Assembly (NCBI RefSeq): GCF_009914755.1
Contig: NC_060942.1
From: the human T2T-CHM13v2.0 reference genome, Homo sapiens
DNA: 64,000 nt
Direction: 5' to 3' (one strand)
This document shows positions 31,255-45,802 of this stretch, in pieces. The stretch's first letter is position 1. Every line of letters starts with the position of its first letter. The notes under the pieces are model-generated. The model did not search any database. It was not told where the DNA came from and worked only from the letters and a program-made list of their open reading frames with translations. The position numbers and the translations under genes were made by a program.

Positions 31255-33112
31255 GTACTGAAGTCAAATTTGATCCAAGCCTTTGGCTTTGTATTCATCT
31301 GTAGTCTGAATGTGGATGTTGCTTAAGGAAGCAAAAGGTACCTGGGCTGGACTCTGACAGTGCCACCTGGCTGTGTCCAGTGACCTGATCTGAGCTTGTC
31401 ATTTGAGCAGATTCAGCATGGGTTGGTCACAAAAGCTGCAGGGACCACATAGCATTGTTCTCTGACTGTCGGAGAAAAGTAGGGGCTGGGGCGGGGGTCG
31501 GGGCACAGATGCTATTGTCTCTCAAAAGACAGAGCTCTGGAAGTTTCTCTAGACTCCAAGTCCAGGACAGTACTTCCCATAATCTTGGCCACAGCTGGTG
31601 CTGCACTGCTGAGAATGTCACCCCTCTGGCTCACCTGTGGGTGCTCCTTCCCATCCCACAGCCCCCATAGGGCAGCAGCCCCGTGCACTGGCCACCCCTT
31701 CTCCTGACAGTCAGACTTAAGGGAGATGGCCGGCCCCAGGCAGGCTGGCCATGAGCTTCCCACTTCAGGTTTTCCAGTTTGCCAACCAGCCAGGCCTCAG
31801 GCCTGGATTTCTGCTGATGCAGGTGAACCCCTGGGACCTGACCTCTGCCCCCCTGTCCCTCAGCAGGGCCAGTTGTCAAGGAGATGACAGGATTGAATTC
31901 CGAGTTAAGGGAACCAATCTTGTCTTTCTAATTTTATCTTCACTCTTTTTTCCTCCTGCATCCCCTTGCTCCCTGTCGTCCTTTTTTTGTTTGTTTGTTT
32001 GTTTATTGCATGGCATGCAGCCATTAAAAGAATAGTGGTCATTCTCTAAATTGAGACCAACTCATTATTTTATTAAAGCAATGCCTTTTACTGGCTTTTT
32101 AGGAAATCTTTGCTGTAGGTTTGCTTCTACATGTAATATACTCCGTGCTACCTTACATTATTGATGACTGCCAAGCACTTTGACAGCTCACCTGGAACCA
32201 TCACAGCATCTGAGGAAGACTTTATTACCTCCAATTGTTTGATGCAAAAAATAGAAATCAAAAGATGAGGCCCACAGCTAACCAGGGACTGAGCTGGGCT
32301 TAGATCCCAGGTCTTAGAGCTGGCCAGGACTTAAGGCAGGACTTGTAACTGTTCTTGGGCTCCCTGAGGCACCACACCTCTGGGGACAGGCTAAATACAT
32401 TCAGTAAGCTGTAAACAGCTGGGCTTTGAGCTCATTTTAATGCCTCATTCAGATAATGCTGATGCCAGTGCAGATGCTGCTCACTTCGGGATGTGCCATC
32501 ATCTCTGTAATTTGTCAAAAGCTGTCAACTTTCCAGGACTAACCTGCATATGGTGCTTCTTGTTTCTCCTTTCAACACTCACTTGCTCCTGTTCACTTTA
32601 AGACAACAAAAATATATGACGTTTGTAAAACTTTACTCATCAGGGGATTTTAGAAGTTAACTTAGAAACTTGCAAGGACATGGAATAAAAACTCAGTGGG
32701 GTAGACTTCGCTTCTTCCTCTCAGAAGGTGATGACCAGAGTCCTTTTCTGTTCATCTAGTACTTACAAACAGTCTTCTAGAATGAGCGCCACTGTATCCA
32801 TTATCATCCCACTGTGTAACCCAGAAACATTTTTGTTTGTTCATATTTCAATTTCAGTAAAGGACAATCAGCGGGAAAGAGCCCAGCTATTCTAAGACTC
32901 AGGTGGGCCTGGCTGAGACGTCCTCCTTCTCTGTCTCCACTCACACCCTTTGGTTGGAACTTTTCTCCCTGGGTCCCACTGCAGCTGCCCACTCCTTAGG
33001 TCCCCACTCTTGCTTTATAGATACTCAGGATTCTCCCCCACATACACATAGTGGCCACATGTCTTCTTCCTACCCATGGAGGCTTTTCCAACCTGCATCT
33101 CCAGTTACCAAC

Positions 33113-33465
<353 letters not shown>

Positions 33466-33754
33466 TGACTATCATCCCAGCATAATCATGAATAGCATGG
33501 TCCTTTTAACTCAAATCAAGTATTCTGGTTTGTACAGTAAGTTGTGTGATCTCCCAGTTAGTGGGTTCTGAAGCAGGACACCATCATTCATATTACCTAA
33601 TGTGAGTGGCTCCTCATACGAAATCGAAGCAAGCCATGCAGAGAGGGAGAGGGACATCAAGAGGGGACCTCTCAGGCCTCTCAGGTGACTTGTCTCATTG
33701 AGGTTCAAGCTCATTTATCTTGGTGTCCACAGAGCTTAGCAGGGAGCCCCGCAC

Positions 33755-34592
<838 letters not shown>

Positions 34593-34868
34593 CCCTGGAC
34601 ATTCAGTTAGCACCTATTGAATAAAACAAATTTTAATGTGGAAAATCTTTAAGAGAAGTGTGGAAGCTTCCAATAGGTAGAAAAAGTTATTATATGTGAT
34701 TTAAGCAGCTACCTTAGATGTCACATTTTGGTTCAAATTTTGGGAGGTAGTGTGGGCATAGGGGTGGTCCTGAGGCCTATTATAAAAACCTATCATAGAA
34801 AAATCTTTTCCATGGAAAAAGGTAAAACAAAATCCAAGCAAAAAAATTCTCCAAATTTTGAACATATT

Positions 34869-35169
34869 TCTTTTTGTTAGTTTGTTTGAGACAGAGTCTC
34901 ACTCTGTCACCCAGGCTGGAGTGCAGTGGTGTGATCTCGGCTCACTGCGACGTCCACCTCCCAGGCTGAAGAAATTCTCCTGCCTCAGCCTCCTGAGAAC
35001 CTGGGATTACAGGCATGCACCACCACACGTGGCTGATTTTTGTATTTTTAGTAGAGATGGGGTTTTACTGTGTTGGCCATGCTGGTCTTGGACTCCTGAC
35101 CCCAAATGATCCACCAGCCTTGGCCTCCCAAATTGTGGGGGTTACAGGCGTGAACCACTGCACCTAGCC
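34869..35169 (-). mobile_element. Alu (S-like)
   Basis: Reverse dimeric Alu. Confidence 0.95.
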
Positions 35170-35311
35170 ATATATTTGTATTTGTGTGAAAGGGATGCAT
35201 GCAATTCTCAAGTCATGGGGTGTGTGTGTGTGAGAGAATAGTAGATATTCTATCTCTTCTGATAAAATTATACACTCGCCAAAGTTGGAGCTATATTTTC
35301 TTTTTCTTTAG

Positions 35312-36278
35312 ATCTATGGTGTCCAATATGGTAGCCACCTGGGGCTATTGAGCCCTTGAAAGGTGGCAAGTCAAGTTGAGATGCGCTATAAATATAAAAT
35401 ACACACTGTGGATTTTAAAGACTTAGTATAAAAAAAAGAATGTAAAGTAGTGCGATCATTTAAAAATATTGAGTGAATGTTGAAATGATATTTTGGCTAT
35501 ATTGAATAAAATATATTATTAAAAATTAATTTCACAGCCAAGATGTCCTTTGGTAGATGAATGAATTAAAAAAAACAGGAATGCATTCATAAAATGGGAT
35601 ATTATTCAGTGCAAAAAAGAAATGAGCTCTCAAGCTGTGAAAAGATATGGAGGAACTTTAAATGCGTATTGCTAAGTGAAAGAAACCATACTGAAAAACT
35701 ATACATTGTAAGATTCTGCTTATTTAACACTCTGGGAAAGGCAAAACTATGGAGACAGTGAAAAGATCAGTTGTTACCAGAGGGTTGGGGAGGGGAGGCA
35801 AGGATGGAGGAACAGGTGGATCATAGGGATTTTTAAAGCAGTGATACTATTCTGTATGATTCTACATTGGTAACACATGTCATTTATACATTTGTTAAAG
35901 TCCATAGAAGTATACAACACAGTGAGCCCTAATGTAAACTATGGGCTTTAGTTAACAATAATGTATGAACATCGGTTCATCAATTGTAATAAATGTACCA
36001 CACTAAGGCAAGATGCTAGTAGGGGGAAGTGTGAAGTGTGTGTGCGTGTGTGTGCACGCGAGTGCGCAGGCCTGAGTATGTATGGCAGGGGTGCTATATG
36101 GGAACTCTGAACTTCCTGTTCAAATTTTCTGTAAACCTAAAACTGATTTTTATAAAGTAAAGTCTATTAATTGAAAAATTAATTCTACTTATTTCTTTGT
36201 ACGTTTATTAATGTGGCTACTAGAAAAATTAAAATTGCATATGTGGCTTGCTTTTTAGATTTCTACTGGACAGAGCTC
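35312..36278. mobile_element. MER33-like hAT-Charlie element interrupted by an L1MC 3' end
   Basis: TGTCCAATATGGTAGCCAC start and ATGTGGCTACTAGAAAAATTAAAATTGCATATGTGGC...TGGACAG end; AAAAATTAATT duplicated at 35521-35531 and 36174-36184. Confidence 0.75.
35536..36173 (+). mobile_element. L1MC-type 3' end
   Basis: AAAGGCAAAACTATGGAGACAG...CCTAATGTAAACTATGG...TAAACCTAAAACTG motifs. Confidence 0.8.
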
Positions 36279-36479
36279 CTTAAACTAGGCCTGTACCTCT
36301 CAGGCCAGGTGCTTAAGTTGCCTAAGTACTTAGCAAAGGTTTACTTGGCTTGCTTAACCAGCAGGCCAGCGATCATTTGTAAAGCGCAAAAACAGAATCA
36401 ATCAAGGCCCAGAGAGATCCCTAGAGCTGATGGGCTCCATTTTCCTTGCAGCCCACTTTGGGGAGGGGCAGTGGGAATG

Positions 36480-37145
36480 GCCAGAGAGAGGGGACGGCGG
36501 CTTCCTGCTTTCTGCTGGCTTGAGCTGCTCGGGAAAGCGGAGTGGTCTTTGTGTAGCCAGAAAACGTGAAGTTCCTGGACCTCCTTCCACGCCCTAACCG
36601 CCGCCCGCAAACTCAGGGGAGGTAGGGCAGAAGCAGCCCCCAGCCCCCCACTTCCAGCGCTTCTGGGAGTGCATGTGCGTTGCTGAGCGTGGCCTGAGCC
36701 CGGTCAGCGGCCGGGCGCCGGTGGCAGCCCCCGGTCCCGCGGCGACCCCGGCCCAGGAAGGAGCCCGGTAGGGGGTGCGCTTTCCCTGGCCTCCCGAGGC
36801 GGGATCGGGGCCGGGCTCCACTCGGTGAGAGGATCCTGCCAGCCAGCTGGGTGAAAGACCCACAGAAATCCCGAACTGGCTGCAAGATGCATTGGTAGCT
36901 GGCGCCTTTAGTCGGGTTCCTACAGTTTTGCAGAGAAGTCTATGAGTGATCGTTTTCATAAATCCCAAAGTAGGAGTGGAAGCAACCTCCCTTCTTCCTA
37001 GCTGCACCCGGAAGCGCAACCCAGCAAAGAGCCTGTCGTTCACCCCTGGGGGATTGTCCCAGGGAAGCCACGTCGCAGAGCCTTCTCTCCTCCTCCACTG
37101 CCCATCTCTGCAATCAAGAAGTCTGAATGCAAACCGGGCACCCCC
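36480..37145. promoter_or_regulatory. CpG island / probable promoter without an associated coding gene
   Basis: Very GC- and CpG-rich unique sequence (core 36590-36830); GC-box-like CCGCCC and ETS CCGGAAG (~37008). Confidence 0.75.
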
Positions 37146-37749
37146 TGTACCTTGGGCTGTTGGATTTAATCAGGGCCATGGTCCAAATGCAATAGGGGGA
37201 TCAGGGCAGCCCCCAGGCCCCATGATTGGATTAGAAGCTCCTTCATTCCTCAAATACCTGTATGCATTATTCTTTTAAATTTTGAAATATTTCAAACACA
37301 CAGAAAAGCAGACAAAGAATACTGTAGGGCTCCTATAGAACCACCACCCAGATATAACAAACGTTATTATGTTGCCAAAAGTCTTCCAGTAATTTTTTAA
37401 AGAAATAAAAGCTGTTACAGAGTCGGAGAGCTCCAGCATCCCCAACCCCATCCTGTGCCTTCTCTCTCCTCTCCGAGGGAGCCTCTCTCCTGATACTACT
37501 GGACTCCTTTCCTACCCAGGCTTCATATGTTATCTATGACATAGCCATAAACAATATGTATTATTGTTTTTATCAAAGTCCAATCAATATTTATTGGATG
37601 CCTAGTATGCACCTGCCATTGTTCTAGGCTTTGAGGATAGAGCAATGAAAAACCGAATCCCAATACTCGAGCTTAAATACTAGTAAGGAAGACAAATAAA
37701 AAACAAACAAGTATGAGTGTGCTGAAGAAAAATCAGCCAGGAGTGCAGT

Positions 37750-38400
37750 CCATTGCCTTCCTCGGAGTGGGTCCTATCTTCCTATCATCTTACACTTTTG
37801 ACTTCTCATCGGAGGTCTTTTTTCCTGTGGGTGTCCCCTTCCCCTGGGTGGTGGAAATTTACAGAGAGGTTTTACATTTGCTTCTGCTGGAAGCACCAGG
37901 GGCTCATTTGTTTGTGAATGGTTTGTATAGCTACTTTAGCCTGCGGTTTACATTTGGACTTCACCTCTATGCGAGCTGCAGTCTTGGGATGTCAATATCA
38001 CATGGCAGACGGTTTTTCCTCCGGCAGATGGTATGTCTCTTTGCCACTCCCCCCAGCCATCAAGAGAAATTTTCCAGCCTTCTTTTCATGGAGGCTGCAG
38101 GTTTTTCAAAGGTTTGGGAAGAGGCAGGGTCTTGGGTTTGCTCCCTATGTCAAGCAAACCTGGGCTGCAGGCCACATGTGCTGTTTGTGTGCCGGCCACT
38201 GGGGCCAAAGTCCAGGGCCAATATTACTTTTTTACCCCATTTTGTAGTCTCTTTATGCCTCTGGCACCTGGAGAGTTTTATTTCTTTCTTTTCAGCTTGG
38301 CTATAAATTTAAATCATTTTTTGGTTATCTTTTATCCAGTGTTTCTATGTGTTTGGAGGATGATGGGGCTCCATTGTCAGCACTGATTACCATGCCGCCA
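37750..38400 (-). mobile_element. Possible ancient L1M 5' region fragment
   Basis: Minus strand AAACACATAGAAACACTGGATAAAAGATAAC resembles old L1 5' UTR starts. Confidence 0.35.
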
Positions 38401-38461
38401 GGTATATAAACCACGCCTTTGTTGGCTTGTCTCAGCCCCTTAAATCTTCCCTCGGATCTCT

Positions 38462-38705
38462 AGCATTGTGGTTAAAAGCACTGATTCCAGAGCCACACTC
38501 TCGTGGTTCAAATTCTGGTTCCACCACTTAATAAACGTGGGCCTGGGGAAAGTTAATTAGCCTCAGTTTCCTCATCTGTAAAGTGGGGACAATCATAATA
38601 CTGACATCCTTAGATTGTTGGGAAGATTAAATAGATTAGCTTTGGTAAAGTGCTTAGAATTGTGCCTAGAACCTGGTAAGTGCCATATAAGCACTGGCCA
38701 CTATT
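38462..38705 (+). mobile_element. MIR SINE, well preserved
   Basis: GTGGTTAAAAGCA...GGTTCAAAT...CCTCAGTTTCCTCATCTGTAAAGTGGGG...AAAGTGCTTAGAA. Confidence 0.85.
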
Positions 38706-39797
38706 AGTTTTGGTGTAATGTCTTTATTGTTAGTTTGCTCTTAATAAACATTCAACTCTTGGAAAATAGAAACCATCAGGTTAATACCACGAATCTAACC
38801 TCTAGCATGTTTTGTTTATTCAGTTCTTACTAGTTATCATTTTGGAGAATAGAGACAAGGAATCCATAAGAAGAAGAATCCACGGGCAAGCTGTGGTGGG
38901 GACGGATAATCCCATAGGCTGGGCTGTCCAGGTGTGGCCCTGGAAGGGAGTGATCTTTCCACCATGGGGGCCTATAGTTCTTTGATAAATAGATACATTT
39001 TTAAATTTAAAAAGGTGTTTCAGCTTTTGGCTCTTTCCTGTGATTTTGAGAAAAGAGTCTGTCTTTTTTACTGGAGTCTTTGTCTTGGCCACTTTTCACT
39101 TCCCGTTAGATGGTGTCTAGGAAAGATTTTAAGAATTCCTGTGAGAAACAAATGTGGCTGGTGAGTCTCTCCTCTTGGCATTATGAGTTAAGTGCTCCAG
39201 CCCCAGAGGCTGTGCTTCCTGGGCTTTGCTGTAATGCAGTTGGATGTGTCAGGCTGCAAAGATGTTTGCTACAGAAGGACATTCACTCCATAAAGCCCAG
39301 GAATCTGGACGTGGGCCCCGGTGTCAATGTTAGGGAATGAGAATAATTGGATACATAGACTTCTATTTTATGCCTTGTTGAAAGCCAATATTGGTTAAGG
39401 TGGATGTTTTCCTTCCAATAACAAGTATTCATTGAGCATTTACTAAGTGCCAAGCATTGGCACCCAAAAGGCAACCAGTGTTTCCAGTGTCTTAGACATT
39501 CTTCTAGAATTATTTGATACAGGCAAACACACACACACATACACACACACACTGCAAAATTGGCAGCATAGCACACACACTGTTGTGTATCTTGCTTAAC
39601 ATTGTAGCTTGTAGGTCTTTCATAGCAGTACATACACTTGATTATAGCTGCTTCATTCTTTTTAATCACTGCATAGACACACCACATAGATACACCATAA
39701 CTTATATCAATAATCCCCTACTGATGGACATTTAAGTTGTCTCAAATAATTACCACAAAAAATGCAGTGCATAGTCTTGTATACACATTGTTTCACA

Positions 39798-39850
39798 GAT
39801 ATATATATATACATATATACATATATATATGTATATATATATGAATATAT
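39798..39850. repeat. (TA)n microsatellite within an old L1M-like fragment
   Basis: Direct reading. Confidence 0.85.
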
Positions 39851-42725
39851 CCGCAGGATAAGCTCCTAGAAGTGGAACTATGCGATTCTCCCTGCCCTCT
39901 TTTCTTTAAAAAACAATTTACATTCATCTTTTCTCAAGTTGGCAAGCAACAGAAATATGTGCTATTAAATGAATGAGTTGGATGTGGGAGGACAGTGTGC
40001 CAGAGAGCACTGGACTGAGGATGGGGTCGCACGGTCTTTATTTCAGTCAGGTAACTGGCTGAATGACCCTGGCCATGTCTTTTAACTTCTCTGAACCATA
40101 GTTTCTTCATTTGTGAAATGAATCATTGGGTCATTCAAGGCTGGGGAAGAAATATTCATGAACCTAGCATCTTTTTAGAGCATTTACTGTCCTGAGGTCC
40201 ACTGTAGCTTTCCCCTCATACTTTCAGGCTTCTCCTTGCCGAACTATGTGAGGTCTTGGTCTTGGGTTCTATTAATTTCTGGAGGTTGGTAACCGCTCCA
40301 AATGGCTAGCTCCAAGGCCAGCTCCCATTTTGTAAGAACATGTGGTGCAGTGAAAATAGGCCTGGAGAGTTGAAGAGTCCAATCTGGGCTCTTGCGCCAG
40401 CTCCATGACACTGGGAAGTTATCTTCTCTTGTAGAACTTCATTCCATTGTTAAGTGGATAAGCCCAGTGAGGTTTTGAAGTTCCAAAAAAGGGCAAAGCC
40501 TCATCTCTTACCTTTTACACAGGGACTTTTTGCAGAATAAACATGCCTTATTGTGTTCAGTTTTCAAACATGACTGAGTCCCTATAAGCTTCCTTCCTTC
40601 CTGTGGCCACTGTTTGCTCACAGTGGTCGTGGGTCGACTAGAGGAACCCCAGGTAGAGAGAGGAAAGAGAACTGCTGGTGGGAGAGATTAGGCTAATCCC
40701 CATAAACCAGCAGGGCCATTAGTGAAATCTTTTCTCAGGATTCCGTCTGTGGTGTCATTGTGACAGAAACCATTTATTACCTGAAGTATGTCCTGAGCCT
40801 TCCCAAGAGTAAAGTTGTTCAGAAAACACTGACCTGAGTGTAGGCACCAACGGAAGACCTGAGCAACCTGGAACAACTCCACGCACAGGAAGCCCTTAAT
40901 TGTTCAGTGATCTGCATTAAGGACTAGTGGCAAAAGGAGAACTTCATGAATGAAAGACCACTACTGGCTGGTAATGGAAGTGTAAACATTACCTTAATGA
41001 ATGAACTTTGCTAATAATATCATGTTATAAATATTTTAGCTCGAGTTCAGCATAAAGGGATGATTAAGGAAGGTTGAGGGAGTCCATAAACAGAGAAATA
41101 GATGGGGTCTTAGCAAAAGGATTTGACTGATGAAATTTTACAAAGTTGAGAAACGTAGATGAATAGAACTTACTGTTGTATAGAAGCTTCTTAAAGTCTC
41201 ACCTTCTAACAGAATCTTTTTCCATCCTTGAACTGATTTGTCAACATGGACATTCCCATTTTCCTTAATGTTCAGTCTAGGGAGAATCTCACACTAGCAC
41301 CATCCTCGGATGGGAAAGAAGCTCAGGTGGCTCCTTAAATTGAAGGCTCCTTCTGCCTTCAGGCCATCTGAGACGGCTCTCCTGGGACCCAGCCCATGCA
41401 GGCTGCTCAGAAAATGGTTACTATATTGGTCAGATCTTGTCCAAATCAAGCCCCGAAGACATATGCTTGGACATTTTTGGAAGCTCAGTGTATGGGAAAT
41501 TGGCATCTAGGTCAGACTTTTCACCATACAGCCACAACATGGAGCTTAACTACTATTCTCACTTCCAGGGCTTTCTCACCTGATCCAGCTCCGTTCTTCC
41601 CCATGATCACAATGCACCCTCCCGACCTCTGCCCTTGTTGTCTCAGTCATTCTATGCTTACAGACTCCCTGGTCACTGACCACCTTGGGTTGGGCTTCCA
41701 GTGATGCTAGTTCTGGGCTCTCTCCTGCTAACCAGAAACTTTCTCTGTCTGCATTTGCCCCATATCCAGATGCCAGGCTTAGAGACTGAGGCTTTGGGAA
41801 AAGAACTGCTGAGGCAGTGGCAAGAGACCCAGCTGTGGGCTTGTGAAGGAAGGGAAGTTCTTTGTGCAATCATAGCCATCCCTTCTGTCTGTCTGTTGTT
41901 GCCTTTCTCTCCTTGGTTCTTTTCCAGCTCCTTAGACCCTAACTTTCATGGCTCCCCCTGCATGGCTGTGTCACCCTGCAGGTTGACTTCACTCACTAGT
42001 TGGCAGCGGGTATGACCCACAGCCTCTCACTGGTTGATCCCACTCTGTTTTAAGCTGGTGTCTAACTTTAGAGCTTAGCCCTTTTCACGTTGCTTCTGAC
42101 CTATCTGATGGCCCAGCCCTGCTCTGGTGTGTATGTGAAGGGTGGAGGAACCTTTGTCTTCCTCACCTTCAGGTTTCCATATGGTGGAGTAGTGCTGGGG
42201 TGAACTCTTGGTCTGCTCTCCACCTCCTTCAGGGTGTGTGGTGCAATCAGCTGGAGTCTGGATCTGCGAGGCCACAATTTCCAGAGGCAGGATCCTTCCA
42301 TGGAAACAGACAACATGGGCCCATCTTTCTTGCTGTCCCCTAATCCTGCCTGCTGTCCATTACATTGTGCTTTCTCTTCAAATTCCCAGCATCTCCACCC
42401 AGGTTCATTCACATTTGGGTGGCAGGTAGGGTTCCCTGAAGGCTCTACAGATGAACCTTCTCAGACCCTCACACTTTGGGTTTAGTAGGAAATATTTTGA
42501 TCATTTTTAGGCAAATACGGTCTACTTATCAACTGGACAGAACCTGGGAGGGAAGAAAAAGTAAAGAATAGGATCTCCACACTTCCAGGAGGTAGCAAGA
42601 ATTAAGATGCCATTGATTGCTTCTCTGCTCTGTTGCTAACTCCCAGAGCTTCGCTGGTTTAATTCATTCTAATAGCTTCCTGGCTGCAGCCCCCAGGAAA
42701 GTGACCTTCTGATTTATAAATTCTG

Positions 42726-43044
42726 GGCTGGGCACAGTGGCTCACTCCTGTAATACCAGCACTTTGGGAGACCAAGGTGGTTGGATTGCTTGAGCTCAGG
42801 AATTTGACACCAGCCTGGGCAACATAGCAAGACTTTGCCTCTGCAAAAGATACAAAAATTAGCTTGGCATGGTGGTCACCACACCTGTGGTCCCAGCTAC
42901 TCTGGCAGCTGAGGTGGGTGAATTGCTTGAATCCTGGAAGTCAAGTCTGCAGTGAGCTGTGATCATGCCAGTGAACTCCAGCCTGGGTGATAGAGTGAAA
43001 CCCTATCTCAGAAAACGAACAAACAAACAAACAAATAAACAAAA
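42726..43044 (+). mobile_element. AluJ-like with (CAAA)n tail
   Basis: GGATTGCTTGAGCTCAGG and high divergence. Confidence 0.92.
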
Positions 43045-44904
43045 CATAAATCCAACTTCCTTCCTAAGGAAGTCTTCCTGTACCCCTTTGGGCAAGGGAC
43101 CTCTCTCAGGCCACATAGTGGACATAGGTGCTGCGTCCTCTTTTGCAATCACACAAGAGCAACCTCTTTCTCCCTTCCACCTGTCCACCCTTCCAGAGCA
43201 AAAGACACCGGCAAGTATCCATGTTCTTGTTCTGAGGGGCATGCCATCAGGATTCTGCAATGCTGATTTCAGCACCATCCTGCTGGACTATGAAAATGTC
43301 TGGTGCCTTCTGGGCATTTTATCTACTTGGAGGATCAAGTGCATCAACCTGGGAAATCTTTGGCTGCCAGTGCCATTGGGCCACAGCCCGCCCTGTGGTG
43401 ACCTTTCCCACCGCCTTCCTGCAGACACACAGCAGGTCCCCAGAGATGGCTGTCAACTGCAGCAGCCACCACATAAAATCAGGTTCCGGTATTGCTGAAG
43501 AGCTTCACCTTGCCTTAATACAGCGTCCGGGGGAAGGTTTGCCAGGACCAGACAATGCCTTCCTCTTTGTCTCCCTTCTCAGCTCTATTTTTCTGCCTGT
43601 TCCTGACTTTGTTCTTTGTTAGAAAGGTCCAGAGTGGCAGAGCAGTGGCTGCTGTTGTGCAAGACATGTAATTTTGACCCCTTCTGCTCCTAAAAAAATC
43701 AATACTCCTTTTGAGCCTCTGTGAAGAGTGTTTTATAGCATCCCTCTGAGAAGCCCCGATCTGTAAAAGCTGATATTATCTGATGACCCTTCTCATACTT
43801 ACACAGTCTTTTTTTTCACAAAATATTTCCAGAACCTCACCTTCCTCTATAGCTGAGACCCTACTGCACATGTCTGCTTTGTGACATGCAAGTATAGTAC
43901 ATCTTATCTGTCCAGTTTGGATAGAAAAGCTCCTTATTTATATACCTGAAGGCACTGGGGTGTAACAAAGGTCATTGGCTGACATGGGCACCCTCAGCGA
44001 GATGGGAGCCTGAAGTAGCACAGCCGTGTTAAACACAGGATAGGGAGTCAGCTGAGGGCTCGCTATGGAGTTGGAGAAAAATTCATCGGCTTGAGAATGT
44101 CACCTGTTGCTGGTTCCAGCCTTCACCAGTGTTGCCTCAAAGATAGAAAGCACCTCGGTTTGACCTTCCCTATTGTACATGTCACATCTCAAGAGGAGAA
44201 ACAAGACATCACTGAATCGCAAAGTTCCAGAGCTTGAAGAGACTTCAGAGATCACATAATGCAGATGTCGTGAACTGGTGACCAGATATATCCCCATGAT
44301 GGATGTGTCTTTTTTGACCTTTGTAGTGTTTTGGATTGTTTCTTGGTTTATTTGTGTTAAGCTGAATTCATCATCAATATTTTACATCAGGAGCCTTCAA
44401 ATAAGAATAAAGTTTGAGGGATTTTCTTTAAAAATTGGAAGTGCCAGCAGCTCTGTTCCTATTCTTGAGTAGGAATAGGTGAACAGTCTTTCACAGCTCT
44501 GGCAGCTCTTATTCCTGAACAGTCTACCCAATGGCCTAGCTCACTTCTGGTGAAGGCTTAAGGCACCTGGGTTGGTAGTCCCTCACCTAAAATCAGCCCC
44601 TCCCCATTTTCCCATATGGAAACACAGGATCCTGTTATAAAAGGTGAAGGTGAGTTCACTTCCCCAAGTCTCACAGGGACTAAGTGGCAGAGCTCTTGTG
44701 GAGTTCTCTCTGGTTGTGGGGAACTATGTCTCATGTACCATATGGGTCTTCAGTGAGATTGTTGTGGTTTCCAAGAACCTTGTTAGAGCTTTGTGATGAA
44801 GTGGCCTGTAGAGATGGCTTATTTTACTTCTGAAGTCGCCTCCAGACAGCTGGGGCAGTCAAGTCTCTGATTTCTGTGTTTGTTTCCTCCCAAATATTAT
44901 TTTC

Positions 44905-45455
44905 TTAATACATTCAAAAAATAATACTGAGAGTTTCTTACCACTAGATCTATCCTGCAAGAAATGATAAAGGGAGAAGTCTGTCCCTCAGATTGAAATG
45001 AAAAGAAGCTAGATGGCCAGGTGTGGTGGCTCAAACCTATCTCAGGCTTTGGAATGTGGAAGGGAAAGGATGGCTTGAGGCCAAGAGTCCAACACCAGCC
45101 TGGGCAACATAGAGAGACTCTGTCTTTACAACAAATAAAATAAAAATTAGCTGGATATGGTGTTGTGCATGTATAGTCCAGGCTACTCAGGAGGCTGAGG
45201 CAGGAGGATCATTTGAGCCCAGGAATTGAAGGCTGCAGTGAGTTATTATAGCATCCCTGCACTCCAATCTGAGTGACTGACACCCTATCTCTAAAATAAT
45301 AAAAAGAAGAAGCTAGACAGTAATTTGAAGCCATATATAGAAATACAGGTCTCCAGTAAGGGTAAATATATGAGCAATTATAAGGCTAGTATTATAAATT
45401 TGATGTGTAAATTCACTTTACATTTTCTACATGATTTTAAAAAGTAATGCTAATG
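44905..45455 (+). mobile_element. Old L1M ORF1-end fragment split by an AluJ
   Basis: CCTGCAAGAAATGATAAAGGGAG...GGTAAATATATG; TSD AAGAAGCTAGA at 45003-45013 and 45307-45317. Confidence 0.6.
45015..45306 (+). mobile_element. AluJ-like
   Basis: Diverged dimeric Alu with the TSD above. Confidence 0.9.
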
Positions 45456-45802
45456 GAAACCAGATAAAATCACTACAGAAGAAAACCAATCACTCATAAT
45501 TGCACTATTCAGGGAAAATTGCTGGCTGCAACTTATTGGGCTTACTGGTCATTTTAATATTTGATTGGGATCTTACTCTATACACTCATCAGTTCCCTGC
45601 CTGTTTCACTCTACACTATATTGGAGATATTCTTCCATGTCACTATAGTCATTTTTACAGCAAACTTCTCTAATGCTGTTAAGGCTTCCACAGCATGGAT
45701 GAGCCGCAGCTGATGGACTTGTGTGTGGGTTGCTATCAGCTACACTGGGAGGAGGGGCCCATCTTGGGTAACATTGTGAAACTGCCTTCTTCCCTCTCTC
45801 AC

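Noticed and set aside
36888-36908. Possible CTCF site TGGTAGCTGGCGCC
   Set aside because: Only the 3' half fits the consensus
37713-38306. 197-aa + strand ORF
   Set aside because: No recognisable homology; probably antisense to an old L1 5' fragment
42959-43498. 179-aa ORF
   Set aside because: Starts inside an Alu and runs through its tail; no domain
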